Source: a virus
Taxonomy: Duplodnaviria > Caudoviricetes
Reading direction: 5' to 3' (one strand)
IMG/VR virus record: IMGVR_UViG_3300031159_000040
Location: 1-32,894 of that record
Length of the DNA stretch: 32,894 nucleotides
In this document: positions 23,023 to 32,198 of the stretch, in pieces
Layout: the number at the start of each line of letters is the position of its first letter
Position numbering within the stretch: the stretch's first letter is position 1
Translations under genes and position numbers: made by a program
The notes under the pieces: model-generated
Seen by the model: only the letters and a program-made list of their open reading frames with translations
What the model was told of the DNA's origin: nothing
Databases searched by the model: none

Positions 23023-24150
23023 TTAAATGACCGTTGCCGAAATGACGGAATCGGCATACGGGAAGACCGGGAATGCGAGGTTGACGCCGACCGTGCGGAT
23101 CCGCAGCGGATGCTTCGACACGAGATCGCGGAACACGTAGATGCCCATGTCGCCGGTCTGCTCGGCTTCGATGCCGTCGACCAGTTCCTCCGTGGACGTC
23201 GCCCACAGGTAGTTGCCGAGCGGGCCGTCCGGCAGCATCACGAACCGATCCTGCGGCGCCATGCGGACCGTTTGGAATTGGAGTTTGCCATTCGACAGCG
23301 CATCCAGCTCGACGCGGGCCTGCGTGTCGTAGGTGGCGATTCTCGGCAGTCCAAGGGAATCAAACACAGCGTCAAGCTGCGCTTGATTGAGTTGCGGAGG
23401 TTCAGCATTACCGCTCGGATTACCGAAGTAGTGCCGACGCAGCGACAGGTTTTGCAGCAGGTACGAAAGCACCTGACGGCTCGTGAACGCGCGCGTCAGA
23501 CGCACGCCGCGGTCAGCCTGGTAATTCCACCAGTTTTGGATGTCTTGAAGCGGTTTGGAGTTCTCCGTATCGCTCCAGCGGTCCGTCCCGGTCAGAACTG
23601 GTTTTTGTTCCGGCGTGTAACCCCAGTCGACCTGGACACGAACGTCGCCTTCGACGTAATTGACCGCACCAAGTGTAACAGCCTGCATAGCAACCCATTC
23701 CTTGCGGGCGCGGATTGCATCCACGCAGTATTGTGCATCGTTCAATTGTTCCCGAACGATTTGCGCCACTTCCTGCCGGCGCAGGCCCGTATTTTGCGAT
23801 GCGATCAGGAGCAAGCGGATCAGCTTTTCGTCCATCCAGCGGCCACGCTGGATTTTCGGGATTTCCACGCGCTGACCGCTGACGCCTTCACGCGAACCAT
23901 ACCGCGTCTCCGTGCCGAGCTCGGCGATTTGAGCCATAACCGGAAGCCGGCTCATCGACTTGATGACGTCCACCGTCAGTTCTTCCGTCTGCTCCGGCGG
24001 GAAAAAGATTTCATGCCAATAGTCGTTCGGGATCGAGAGATTACGGGCGTAGACAAGCAGTTCTTCGCCCGACAGTGCTTCTTCGAGTTGAGAGATTTCC
24101 GGCGTCTCTGCAAACGTCTGCAGGTTCATTTTAAGCAAGAATTTGCTCAT
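23023..24150 (-). CDS. Major capsid protein (capsid E-like)
   Basis: 375 aa after decoration protein; IRARKEWVAMQAV..G, WSDTENSKPLQDI motifs. Confidence 0.88.
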   Translation of the reverse strand: MSKFLLKMNLQTFAETPEISQLEEALSGEELLVYARNLSIPNDYWHEIFFPPEQTEELTVDVIKSMSRLPVMAQIAELGTETRYGSREGVSGQRVEIPKIQRGRWMDEKLIRLLLIASQNTGLRRQEVAQIVREQLNDAQYCVDAIRARKEWVAMQAVTLGAVNYVEGDVRVQVDWGYTPEQKPVLTGTDRWSDTENSKPLQDIQNWWNYQADRGVRLTRAFTSRQVLSYLLQNLSLRRHYFGNPSGNAEPPQLNQAQLDAVFDSLGLPRIATYDTQARVELDALSNGKLQFQTVRMAPQDRFVMLPDGPLGNYLWATSTEELVDGIEAEQTGDMGIYVFRDLVSKHPLRIRTVGVNLAFPVFPYADSVISATVI

Positions 24151-24179
24151 TCTCGTAATCAGTCCTTTCTTTTTGAGAA

Positions 24180-24557
24180 TCAGGCAAAGACGATATGCGG
24201 CATCTTCTGACGCAGCGTGTCGTCCACGGTGACCGGAATCCGGGCCGCGATCACCTTAGCCACCTCGTAGGCACCGACAACATGGTCGCCGTCCTTGACG
24301 TTGACAGTACGCTTCAAGATGACCGACGGGTTTTCGCTGCCGTCATTGCCGGCCGGGTTGTACGGCACATACTTGCCGCTCGCGGTCAGTTTTGCCATCG
24401 GCATGCCCTTCTTGATGATCTTGTCACCGTTGCTATCGGCCGTAATGGCCGACGAATCGATCGTGATGCCGTTTGTCACTTCGCGGACCACTTCGAGGGA
24501 AGCCAGAATCTCATAGTCGTCTTGGACTTCGAACAGACTTTTCGGTTGCAGTCGCAT
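24180..24557 (-). CDS. Head decoration protein
   Basis: IKKGMPMAK..SGKYVPY...DGSENPSVIL lambda-D-like pattern. Confidence 0.8.
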   Translation of the reverse strand: MRLQPKSLFEVQDDYEILASLEVVREVTNGITIDSSAITADSNGDKIIKKGMPMAKLTASGKYVPYNPAGNDGSENPSVILKRTVNVKDGDHVVGAYEVAKVIAARIPVTVDDTLRQKMPHIVFA

Positions 24558-24573
24558 CCTTCATGCACCTCCG

Positions 24574-25293
24574 CTATTTTCTTGCCCACGGGTCGTTTTC
24601 GACTTTGGCGACGACACCGCGGTTCTTTGCGAGTTCGATCAGCCGTTCGTTTGTCTTCTTCTTCTCGTCCGGAGAGTTGCGGACATCGGCGCCGAATTTT
24701 CCGCCGCCCGGCTTCTGCTTGAGCAAGTGCGGCTTTTTCTTCGCCAAGTCTTCCAGCGCTTCTTTCACGCCCTCAATCTCGCCTTTGTCGTTCTCCTTGC
24801 ACTTCGACAGGTCGGCGAGTTTGAGCGCATCCTCCCAGTCGGCGAACCCGAGTTCATTCGCTAAAACCTTTACCTCGGCGGTGAGCAGGCGCTTGAACGT
24901 CTTTTCGTTCTGCTCCTTCTCACGTTCTTTCAGGCGCTCGTCCAGCAGTTTTTCGATGTCGACCGGCTCGGTCTTTTTGTCATCGCCCTCTTTGCCTTTG
25001 GAGCCGCCATCTTGCTTTTTCAGCGCGGCCGTCATAGCTTCGACCGAGTCGTAGCCCAATTCCTTCGCCAGCGCCTTCTGTGCGGCCTTCTCGGCCCGCG
25101 AGAGCCGCGACTGAATGGCTGCGTCAAGCTCGGCCTGGGTAAACTTCTTCTCGCCGTCTGCGCCTCCGCCGTTGCCCCCTTCTCCGCCTTCGCCGCCGCC
25201 GGAACCACCGGACCCTCCGGAGCCGCCACCGTCACCGGCGAACAGCTGCAGATTCATACGGAGCGTATAGGGTCTCGCAATCGTTTCGAACAT
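24574..25293 (-). CDS. Capsid scaffolding protein
   Basis: NLQLFA + Gly-rich linker, KFTQAELDA, coiled coil, KPHLLK. Confidence 0.85.
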   Translation of the reverse strand: MFETIARPYTLRMNLQLFAGDGGGSGGSGGSGGGEGGEGGNGGGADGEKKFTQAELDAAIQSRLSRAEKAAQKALAKELGYDSVEAMTAALKKQDGGSKGKEGDDKKTEPVDIEKLLDERLKEREKEQNEKTFKRLLTAEVKVLANELGFADWEDALKLADLSKCKENDKGEIEGVKEALEDLAKKKPHLLKQKPGGGKFGADVRNSPDEKKKTNERLIELAKNRGVVAKVENDPWARK

Positions 25294-25365
25294 AATGACC
25301 TCCTGTTTAAAGTCCGGGTGGACTGTCCTCGATCGCAGTTTTACGTCTTACAACGGTTAGGACGG

Positions 25366-25395
25366 AAATAAAAAAGACGCTCATTTGAGCGACCT
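25366..25395 (-). terminator. Terminator upstream of scaffold gene
   Basis: GTCGCTCA/TGAGCGTC plus TTTTTTATTT. Confidence 0.7.
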
Positions 25396-25635
25396 TCATT
25401 CGGACATTTCCCACATCACATGATTCTTCCCGCATTCAAGTAGACCAAGCAGTTCTGTATGAAGCGTATTGCTCCATCCGGTCTTGATCACTCCATCCGG
25501 CTGTCGAGCGACGAATATGACCGTTTCGACATCGCCGCTTTCAATTGCTTGCAAGAGATTTTCGACGCAAGCCTTCGGGGTCACCTTCCCTTCACGCTTG
25601 GCTCGGCGCTCTAAAATCTCATTCACCTGCATCAC
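25396..25635 (-). CDS. Hypothetical protein
   Basis: 79 aa overlapping minor capsid stop. Confidence 0.7.
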   Translation of the reverse strand: MMQVNEILERRAKREGKVTPKACVENLLQAIESGDVETVIFVARQPDGVIKTGWSNTLHTELLGLLECGKNHVMWEMSE

Positions 25636-26677
25636 TCTCCTTCAACTTAGCATTAACCTGCCGGTACGCCTCCTGCAATTCCCGATATGACTCCGTGTTC
25701 CGCGCCTTCATGATGGCAAATTGCTTGAGACTCGGCGTATCGTTCGGCAACACCGCCTTATAGCGGATCCACTGCTTGCGTGTCTCGTTCTTGCGTGACT
25801 TCTCGCGCTGGATGCGCTCGTACCGACGGATGTTCGCCTCCGTCCGGTTGTCGACGAACGGTCGATTGGACTGATCGATCATCCGTTCAACCTCGCCCGC
25901 CGGCGTATATTCCTCAATCCATGCGCTCAGCGAATGCACGCAATGGGAATGGTACGGCGGCCGGACCTCCAGTTTCGGGAACCGCGGGTCGCGCCCGCTT
26001 ATGCTGTACACTCGGCCCTGATACTTGGCGCACAATTCGCAGGTGATGCCGACATAGTTGACGTAGACCAGGTCAATGCCGTTCTGCACGATCATGTTCT
26101 CGGCGCCGGATACATGGGCTTTACGCTGGTGGTAATGGACGACGCCGGCCATGTACTTGTCTGCCGGGATCCGCGCCCCGTTTTTGGCGATCATGCCGGT
26201 AATGCCCTGCTGGTTGAGTTGAGCGACAGCGTCCCGGGTCGCCTGCCGGCGGCTAACGCCTTCCAGGAGTGACCGCTCGTTTGCGATTCGGGACGCATCC
26301 TCAATGCGGCGCTTCGCATCCGCGCTCATATGGTCAGACGCTTCAAGGATAGAGTAAAACGCCTCGTCCATGATCGCCTGCGCAGCGCGCTGGTGAATCA
26401 GCGGCTTAAGCGTATCGTCGATGGATTCGGCCGCGAGCCCCGCGGTAACCATCTGCTCAACGGCCGCCGCGGCCCCGGAGCGGTATTCGTCGCCGATCAA
26501 GGATGCCATCTGCTGGCCGGCCTGACCGGTCAATTCGGCAATGATCGCTTCGATCTGCCGCAGCAGCTCCTCTTTCCGCCGGCGGCTTACGCTGCCTTCT
26601 TCGAGCGATTGCACCAACGCCCGCAGCCGTTCGTCTGCCCGCGCATACAGCGCGATAACTTGTTCAGCCGTCGCCAT
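25619..26677 (-). CDS. Minor capsid / head morphogenesis protein (SPP1 gp7-like)
   Basis: CELCAKYQGRVYS...PPYHSHCVH motif after portal. Confidence 0.85.
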   Translation of the reverse strand: MATAEQVIALYARADERLRALVQSLEEGSVSRRRKEELLRQIEAIIAELTGQAGQQMASLIGDEYRSGAAAAVEQMVTAGLAAESIDDTLKPLIHQRAAQAIMDEAFYSILEASDHMSADAKRRIEDASRIANERSLLEGVSRRQATRDAVAQLNQQGITGMIAKNGARIPADKYMAGVVHYHQRKAHVSGAENMIVQNGIDLVYVNYVGITCELCAKYQGRVYSISGRDPRFPKLEVRPPYHSHCVHSLSAWIEEYTPAGEVERMIDQSNRPFVDNRTEANIRRYERIQREKSRKNETRKQWIRYKAVLPNDTPSLKQFAIMKARNTESYRELQEAYRQVNAKLKESDAGE

Positions 26678-26678
26678 C

Positions 26679-28172
26679 TCACACCATCACCCGCGGCGGT
26701 TGCGTATAGGTCGGGTTGAGCGTATCCGCCGCCTTCTCGTCCTGGATTTTCTGGATTTCCGCCTCGATCGCCTCTTCCGACCAGTCCGGATGCATTCTGC
26801 GCACGGTCGTTTCAAGCGACTGCACGCCGCCCTCGTATTTCGCGATCTCTTCGGTGTCCTTCTCGCTGTCCGCCTTCGGCAGCATGTCGCCCCATTCGAT
26901 GACCGGTGCCTTAACCTCGTACTGCGTGCCGCCGATTGCGTTTTCGAGGATCATGCATTTGCGAATGGCGTCCTTGATCGCGGCGTCAAACTTGTCCTTG
27001 ATCGCCTCTGCCTTGATGACGCTTTGAATCCAGAGGTAGAGGAGCGCGACGCCGGAGTCGCCCCTGCCATCTTCGAGTCCGGCCGCCTGCGGCGAAGTCT
27101 TGCTGATCGCCAGCATGTACTTGATGAGCCGCGTGACATGTTCGAAGCTCTGTTGCGTCTTGGCATCCCAGGTGATGTACTGCGGAATTGCTCCCTTGTT
27201 TTCGTCGTAACTGACTACCTCGAGGTCGGCGTTTCGGACAAAGCGGGAGCCGTAATCACGCAGATTGTTTTGCGCAACAGTTTCCCATAGCATTTTCGGG
27301 ATCGCCAGTTTCGGCTTGCCGTGCTTTTCGAAGACGATCGAATCCCGCGTGATCGTCCAGTTGATTTCCTCCTGGATGCCGTCGATGTTACGTAGAGCCG
27401 ACCGGCCCCGAGGATGAAGCAGTGTTTCGTCGTTGGTAATAGCGCCGCAGAGCAGCTCGGTCACGCCGGGCAGCAGCACGTCGTCGGGAATCTCAACGCT
27501 GAATCGTTCGGCATATGCGGCCTTGTCAACCTCGTCCCCGACCGTGTTATCTTCCATCTTGTAAACGAACTGCTGAACCGACAGGCCGTCGTCAACCAAT
27601 TGCTGCCGCTCGACGCGGAGGTACGATTCGGGCTGCCCGTTTTTATCCGTCCACGTCTCGATCCACGCGATGTCCGCGCCCATGCCGTCCTCATGCGGGA
27701 AGTATCGATCGCCAAGCATCCACTCGAACCATACCTTGCCCTTAGCATCGCGGCGCACCCGGTAAGCGATCAGGCCGTCCACCTGGTGCTGCGTGACGGC
27801 GGCCCATATTTTCTCGTTCGGCTTGCTCGCAGCTACGACGTTGGACACAAATTCGAGCTCCGGGCCTTCCTCGGCGTCGGCTGAAATGTTGCCGAGCGCC
27901 CGGTTGATAAGATCGGCCGGAATCTCGGCGACGAGGCTGCAAAAGTTGACGACGACGTACAAGCGATTGACGTCGACAACCTGCTTTTCCAGTTTCCACG
28001 TCTTAACGCCGACGCGCTTATTGACGAACACAATGTCCTTCGACACCTTGCCCGCGCGCGGGAAAATCTCTGCGTGATCGCCTTCGTACAGGGCTCGGTA
28101 ATATTGCATCAGTGCTACCTCTTGATCGAATGGAGGCGGCGGGAAACGTTGTTTGGTGTAGACGATGGTCAA
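26679..28172 (-). CDS. Portal protein (SPP1 gp6-like)
   Basis: ~497 aa from TTG with AAAGGAG RBS; YYRALYEGDH, GRSALRNI, SGVAL motifs. Confidence 0.9.
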   Translation of the reverse strand: MTIVYTKQRFPPPPFDQEVALMQYYRALYEGDHAEIFPRAGKVSKDIVFVNKRVGVKTWKLEKQVVDVNRLYVVVNFCSLVAEIPADLINRALGNISADAEEGPELEFVSNVVAASKPNEKIWAAVTQHQVDGLIAYRVRRDAKGKVWFEWMLGDRYFPHEDGMGADIAWIETWTDKNGQPESYLRVERQQLVDDGLSVQQFVYKMEDNTVGDEVDKAAYAERFSVEIPDDVLLPGVTELLCGAITNDETLLHPRGRSALRNIDGIQEEINWTITRDSIVFEKHGKPKLAIPKMLWETVAQNNLRDYGSRFVRNADLEVVSYDENKGAIPQYITWDAKTQQSFEHVTRLIKYMLAISKTSPQAAGLEDGRGDSGVALLYLWIQSVIKAEAIKDKFDAAIKDAIRKCMILENAIGGTQYEVKAPVIEWGDMLPKADSEKDTEEIAKYEGGVQSLETTVRRMHPDWSEEAIEAEIQKIQDEKAADTLNPTYTQPPRVMV

Positions 28173-28188
28173 GCGTATCTCTCCTTTC

Positions 28189-29484
28189 TTACCAGCCTGC
28201 AGGACGCTGGTTGGTGTATTGCAACTCACCGCGGAATAAGATCGTGTTCACGAAATAACGGTCCGCGTCTAGTTGGTGATCATTCTGTTTCAAAGGCTTG
28301 TCCTCGCCGCGTTTAGCCGCTTTTTCGTCCCAAATGTAACTGGAGAACTCCCGGAACGTCTCGACACAGCAGTCGTTGTATTTGATCAAGCCTTTGCTGA
28401 GCGCCGTCGCCACGTTTCGAATGCCGTCAAGCACATCGTTTTTTGCGGGCTCAACAAAAAAGCGACCATGCTTTTCGATGGTCGCAATAAACGATGCTGC
28501 CGAAGGGTCGACAATCACGGCTCGGATATATTCTTTTCCAGCGAACGCTTCAAGATCGGCGTAATATTCCTCGTCGGTCTTCTGTTTGCCTTCCTTCCGG
28601 CCGTCGTAATGGTACTCCTTGACCTTGTACCAAACACCGCCGCTCTTGCCCCACAGTCCGAACGTCATCGGGTTCTGCGTGCCATAGTCGCAGCTGATGT
28701 AGTATTCGATGTAGTCGCGATCGATCGTCGGAACCTTATGCCGGGCGTCGTCGAACATGTCGTAAATGACGCCCTCGGCCATTACCCACAGCCCGAGAAT
28801 GTAGCGTTTGAAGAACACCCCGGAGAACATGCGCCGGAACCGTTCCTTCACCTTCTCGGACAGGCTCAGGTTGTCGTCCATCGTGAAGTGAAGGACGAGA
28901 ATCTTCTTTTCCTTCGCCTTGTCGATGAAGTCCAGCTTGAACCAGTGATACGGCCCGCCCGGGTTACAGTTAAAGAACAGCTTCGCGCCGTAGCCATCCG
29001 TTTCAGCTGAGCACCGGCCAATCGCCTGGTCGACAAACGACCTCGGGAACAGCGCAACCTCGTCTAGATATGCGCCGGCCGCCGTCAAACCCTGCAGCAC
29101 GTCTTGGCTGGCTTCGTTGCTGGCGCCGAACAAGTAATAGGTGTTCGTGCCGATGATGATGTGCGGGTTTTCGGATCGATGGTAATGGTAGTCGATGCCC
29201 TTGGCCGTGAGAATCTGAAACATGGGCTCGAGCACGTTGCGCTTGAGCGCACCCATCGACCGGCCGGCAACAATGAAGTTTTGATTGCGGTGCTTTGCCA
29301 GCGACCAGGTGATAAACGAGTCGATGCAGGCGATCGTTTTTCCCGAACGGATCGCTCCCTCGGCGATCACCATATCATAATCCTTGTACGGGCTCGCGTC
29401 CGTCCACCAAGACAGAAGCTGTTTTTGCTTGCGGCTGAACGGCTGGAACTTGAACGAGGTTGTGCGTTTACGCTTCTTCGCCAT
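28189..29484 (-). CDS. Terminase large subunit (PBSX family)
   Basis: GAIRSGKT Walker A, LDEVAL Walker B, CNP, DYGTQNP, NDHQLDADRY. Confidence 0.95.
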   Translation of the reverse strand: MAKKRKRTTSFKFQPFSRKQKQLLSWWTDASPYKDYDMVIAEGAIRSGKTIACIDSFITWSLAKHRNQNFIVAGRSMGALKRNVLEPMFQILTAKGIDYHYHRSENPHIIIGTNTYYLFGASNEASQDVLQGLTAAGAYLDEVALFPRSFVDQAIGRCSAETDGYGAKLFFNCNPGGPYHWFKLDFIDKAKEKKILVLHFTMDDNLSLSEKVKERFRRMFSGVFFKRYILGLWVMAEGVIYDMFDDARHKVPTIDRDYIEYYISCDYGTQNPMTFGLWGKSGGVWYKVKEYHYDGRKEGKQKTDEEYYADLEAFAGKEYIRAVIVDPSAASFIATIEKHGRFFVEPAKNDVLDGIRNVATALSKGLIKYNDCCVETFREFSSYIWDEKAAKRGEDKPLKQNDHQLDADRYFVNTILFRGELQYTNQRPAGW

Positions 29485-30271
29485 CGCCGGTCACCTCGTC
29501 TGCAAACACATCCGCGGCTTGAGCGTTAAGCGCCGCCTCGTAAGACTTGCCTTGTTCGTGGGCGTCGTTGCCGCTCTCACCCGCCGCATCCCTGGCTTCA
29601 ATTTGCGCTTTCTTGGCTTCCGCCTTGACCTTCTCGGCCTGTGCCTGCATAATTTCCAGCTTGGCCCGGCGCTCGTCATTCTCGGGAGCGGCGTTAAGGA
29701 ACTGCTTGATTGCGGACCGAAGTTCGCGGTTGATCGCTGCAAACGCCTTGATGTCGGTTGCCTGCTTGTCCCAAGCGAATTGAAGTTCGTATTCTTCTTC
29801 TGTTCCGTCGCCAAACTTGCCGGGCATGAACTTCTCGCGCTTTAGAACCTTCGTCATGTCGTCCTTAGCCCTAACAAACATGATCCGCTGCGCCCACATC
29901 ATCTTTGCATAGGCGACCGTCACGCCCTGCCAGAGGATGTCGAGCGGGTCAAGCTCCTGCGCCACTTCAAGAAGCTCCTGGAACTCGGGATCGTCTGGCA
30001 TAAGCTTTCGGTAAAGCCCGTGTTTCATGGCGTTCGTGTTGCCCGGTGGAGCGCCCCCGCCCTTATTTCCAACGGCGTTCTTATTGCCCTTCGGCGCCCC
30101 ACGCGGGCGTTTCAATGGGATCTCGTCCCACTTGTCCTGGAACTTCCATTTGCGGACCAAGGCGGGCGAAATGCCGAGTTCTTCGGCGATCTCCGTCAAC
30201 TTCTTCTCGCGGCCGCTTTTAAGCCAAAGCTTGAGCGCCGCCGAGCGGTTTGTGCTGCGCTTTCTCGCCAC
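29468..30271 (-). CDS. Terminase small subunit
   Basis: N-terminal HTH, GAPKGNKNA...GNTNAMKHGLY. Confidence 0.9.
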   Translation of the reverse strand: MARKRSTNRSAALKLWLKSGREKKLTEIAEELGISPALVRKWKFQDKWDEIPLKRPRGAPKGNKNAVGNKGGGAPPGNTNAMKHGLYRKLMPDDPEFQELLEVAQELDPLDILWQGVTVAYAKMMWAQRIMFVRAKDDMTKVLKREKFMPGKFGDGTEEEYELQFAWDKQATDIKAFAAINRELRSAIKQFLNAAPENDERRAKLEIMQAQAEKVKAEAKKAQIEARDAAGESGNDAHEQGKSYEAALNAQAADVFADEVTGDGEEA

Positions 30272-30307
30272 TACATCCACCCCACCTCCGAATAACGATT
30301 ATCTCGA

Positions 30308-30691
30308 TCACAAATAGATAGGCAGATACGACGTTGCGCGAACTCCGTCGGGGTATCTGCCCATGTTTGCCAATTGCTCCGCCAAAACGCGAGACGGATC
30401 GTAATAACGCCCTTCATGCCAAACGGTCCAGTGCGTTTTACTTATCCAATCGAAGTGAAGTTTAACGATGCACGTATCTGAAATGAAGCAGTTACCATCA
30501 ATCCTGATTAACGGCGGATCGCCGCATTCGATCCCTAGCTTTCTAAGGGCTTCAACTACATCCCTTGTCCTGGTGCCTCCTCGCTTTCCACCAAATGCCG
30601 CAATCGATTCATCAAGCGATATGCCGGCAATCATAGCGACGCATGTTTGGCCACATAAACTCGATCCGTCTGGTTGAAGGAGATGGACCAT
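30308..30691 (-). CDS. Peptidase C39-like papain-fold protein
   Basis: Q...CGQTCVAMI...HWTV...YYDP catalytic Q/C/H/D arrangement. Confidence 0.7.
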   Translation of the reverse strand: MVHLLQPDGSSLCGQTCVAMIAGISLDESIAAFGGKRGGTRTRDVVEALRKLGIECGDPPLIRIDGNCFISDTCIVKLHFDWISKTHWTVWHEGRYYDPSRVLAEQLANMGRYPDGVRATSYLPIYL

Positions 30692-30829
30692 GAAATACCA
30701 ACCCCTATTGATTTGAGTTTGTAAGAACGCTCCGGGCCATTTGGTAACGCTGCGTTACCATTCGATTTTCGCGCCCTTCAAATTTGTTCCATGTTTCGAT
30801 TTGTTATTTCTCCCACAAAGTAACTTTTA

Positions 30830-30946
30830 AATTCTTCTTACTCTATATTGTATGGAATTCATTTTTTCGGTCTTTTCATTGTCCGTTCAAAGCTTCCTCC
30901 GATTCACACGAAAATGAATTCCTTGTATGCCCAATTAAAGAGAATT
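30830..30946. repeat. Two inverted 36-bp sites downstream of recombinase
   Basis: 30830-30865 and 30911-30946 share AATTCT...GGAATTCATTTT in inverted orientation. Confidence 0.6.
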
Positions 30947-30948
30947 TA

Positions 30949-31512
30949 TCACAGCGCATGGCGGTCCAAAGCATCGTCCAGGGTGTCCTGTTTGATGCCC
31001 AAATACCGCAAAGTGATCGATTCTTCGCTGTGATTGAACAGTTCCATTAGTAACGAAATGTCCTTTTCTCGCTGGTAAAAATGATATCCGAATGTCTTTC
31101 TCATCGAGTGCGTGCCGATCTCCTTAAGACCAAACCGCCGCGCCACGCTGCTCAGCATTTTGTAAGCCATGCTCGCGGTGATCGGCTCATCAATTCGGCC
31201 GGTTTTGCGTTTCTTATTCCGAGACCGGAATAAATATTCATAGTCGGCCTTTCCTTGGATATAATGATCCAGCGCTTCGCGAAGCGCCCGATTGATTTTG
31301 ACCATTTTGTACTTGCCGGTCTTTTTCTCACGGATGCCGATGTGGGTCCCCTTCACATCAATGACCCGCAGCGGAAGGATATCCGAAATCCGAAGCCCGG
31401 TGTTGATCCCTACCATTAGCAGGACATAGTCACGCTCATTTTTCATCTTGAGGTACTCTTTGATGGCCTGAAGCTTTCGTGTGTCCCTGATCGGCTGGAC
31501 GAAGTTCATCAT
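30949..31512 (-). CDS. Small tyrosine recombinase (catalytic domain only)
   Basis: TGLRISD, HSMRKT, FNH, RYLG catalytic residues; 187 aa. Confidence 0.92.
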   Translation of the reverse strand: MMNFVQPIRDTRKLQAIKEYLKMKNERDYVLLMVGINTGLRISDILPLRVIDVKGTHIGIREKKTGKYKMVKINRALREALDHYIQGKADYEYLFRSRNKKRKTGRIDEPITASMAYKMLSSVARRFGLKEIGTHSMRKTFGYHFYQREKDISLLMELFNHSEESITLRYLGIKQDTLDDALDRHAL

Positions 31513-31522
31513 TCACCACCTC

Positions 31523-31548
31523 AATAGAAAAAGCACCCGAAGGTGCTC
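31523..31548 (-). terminator. Intrinsic terminator
   Basis: GAGCACC-TTCG-GGTGCTT plus TTCTATT. Confidence 0.75.
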
Positions 31549-31560
31549 CGATGTACGTGC

Positions 31561-31803
31561 TTATTCAAACTCTTTCAAACTTTGCAAAATACCAAGCATT
31601 GTTTCAAATGATTCTTTTCGAGATGAGTTTTCACTTGCACGCAAGAATCTTTTTCCAATTTCCTTGTCGCCGTAGGCTTCTTCGATGAAAATAATGCCTT
31701 TTGAAACCCACTTTTCATACTCTACGCCACCGTAATAAGGAACTCCATAATCTTCTCCTGCCGGTTTGATACTTTTAGCTTCTTCTAGCAATTTATCTAA
31801 CAC
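31561..31803 (-). CDS. 80-aa hypothetical moron protein
   Basis: GTG with GGAGGTGA RBS; upstream TTGGCG-17-TATGAT; low GC. Confidence 0.7.
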   Translation of the reverse strand: MLDKLLEEAKSIKPAGEDYGVPYYGGVEYEKWVSKGIIFIEEAYGDKEIGKRFLRASENSSRKESFETMLGILQSLKEFE

Positions 31804-31886
31804 GCTATCACCTCCCACCACCATCATACACCATCTTCCATATTTCGCCAATGTATGATATGATAGGGTCAGTCCGGAAGCACCGG

Positions 31887-32045
31887 TCAAGAGGAGCCGC
31901 GGGAAAGCATCCCCGGCTCTTTTTGTTTTTCTTTGACGCACGTTACGCGGCCACAAAATTGCTTCGTATCCTGCCAGCGTCCCCAGATGCACTTTCGGCA
32001 CTTTTCTGGCTGCAGAACTGGCGGAGGAACTTTGACCTTCTGCAT
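31887..32045 (-). CDS. 52-aa Cys-rich small protein (not in ORF track)
   Basis: MQKVKVPPPVLQPEKCRKCIWGRWQDTKQFCGRVTCVKEK...; GGAG RBS; CxxC...CxxxxC. Confidence 0.55.
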   Translation of the reverse strand: MQKVKVPPPVLQPEKCRKCIWGRWQDTKQFCGRVTCVKEKQKEPGMLSRGSS

Positions 32046-32151
32046 TTATATATCAACTCCATAGTTCGGGGGCCACGCTGCACCGTCCCGATCACGGCGG
32101 AGGGAGGTGAGGCAGACACCTCGCAGCGCGGCCGAAAAATGAGGGTAATTC

Positions 32152-32198
32152 AAAAAGAAAAAAGCCATCATTCCGCGCCCTTAGAGGAACAATGGCCT
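32152..32198 (-). terminator. Intrinsic terminator in late leader
   Basis: GCCATTGTTCC/GGAATGATGGC plus TTTTTTCTTTTT. Confidence 0.8.

Noticed and set aside
22633-24210. 525-aa plus-strand ORF and similar long antisense ORFs in the structural region
   Set aside because: Shadows of capsid and tail genes caused by codon bias; no motifs or RBS
30949-31512. This recombinase as the prophage integrase
   Set aside because: Lacks arm-binding and core-binding domains and lies ~30 kb from the att junction
31804-32001. N-terminal extension of the 146-aa ORF
   Set aside because: Strong RBS and promoter support the GTG at 31803; the extension overlaps another small ORF
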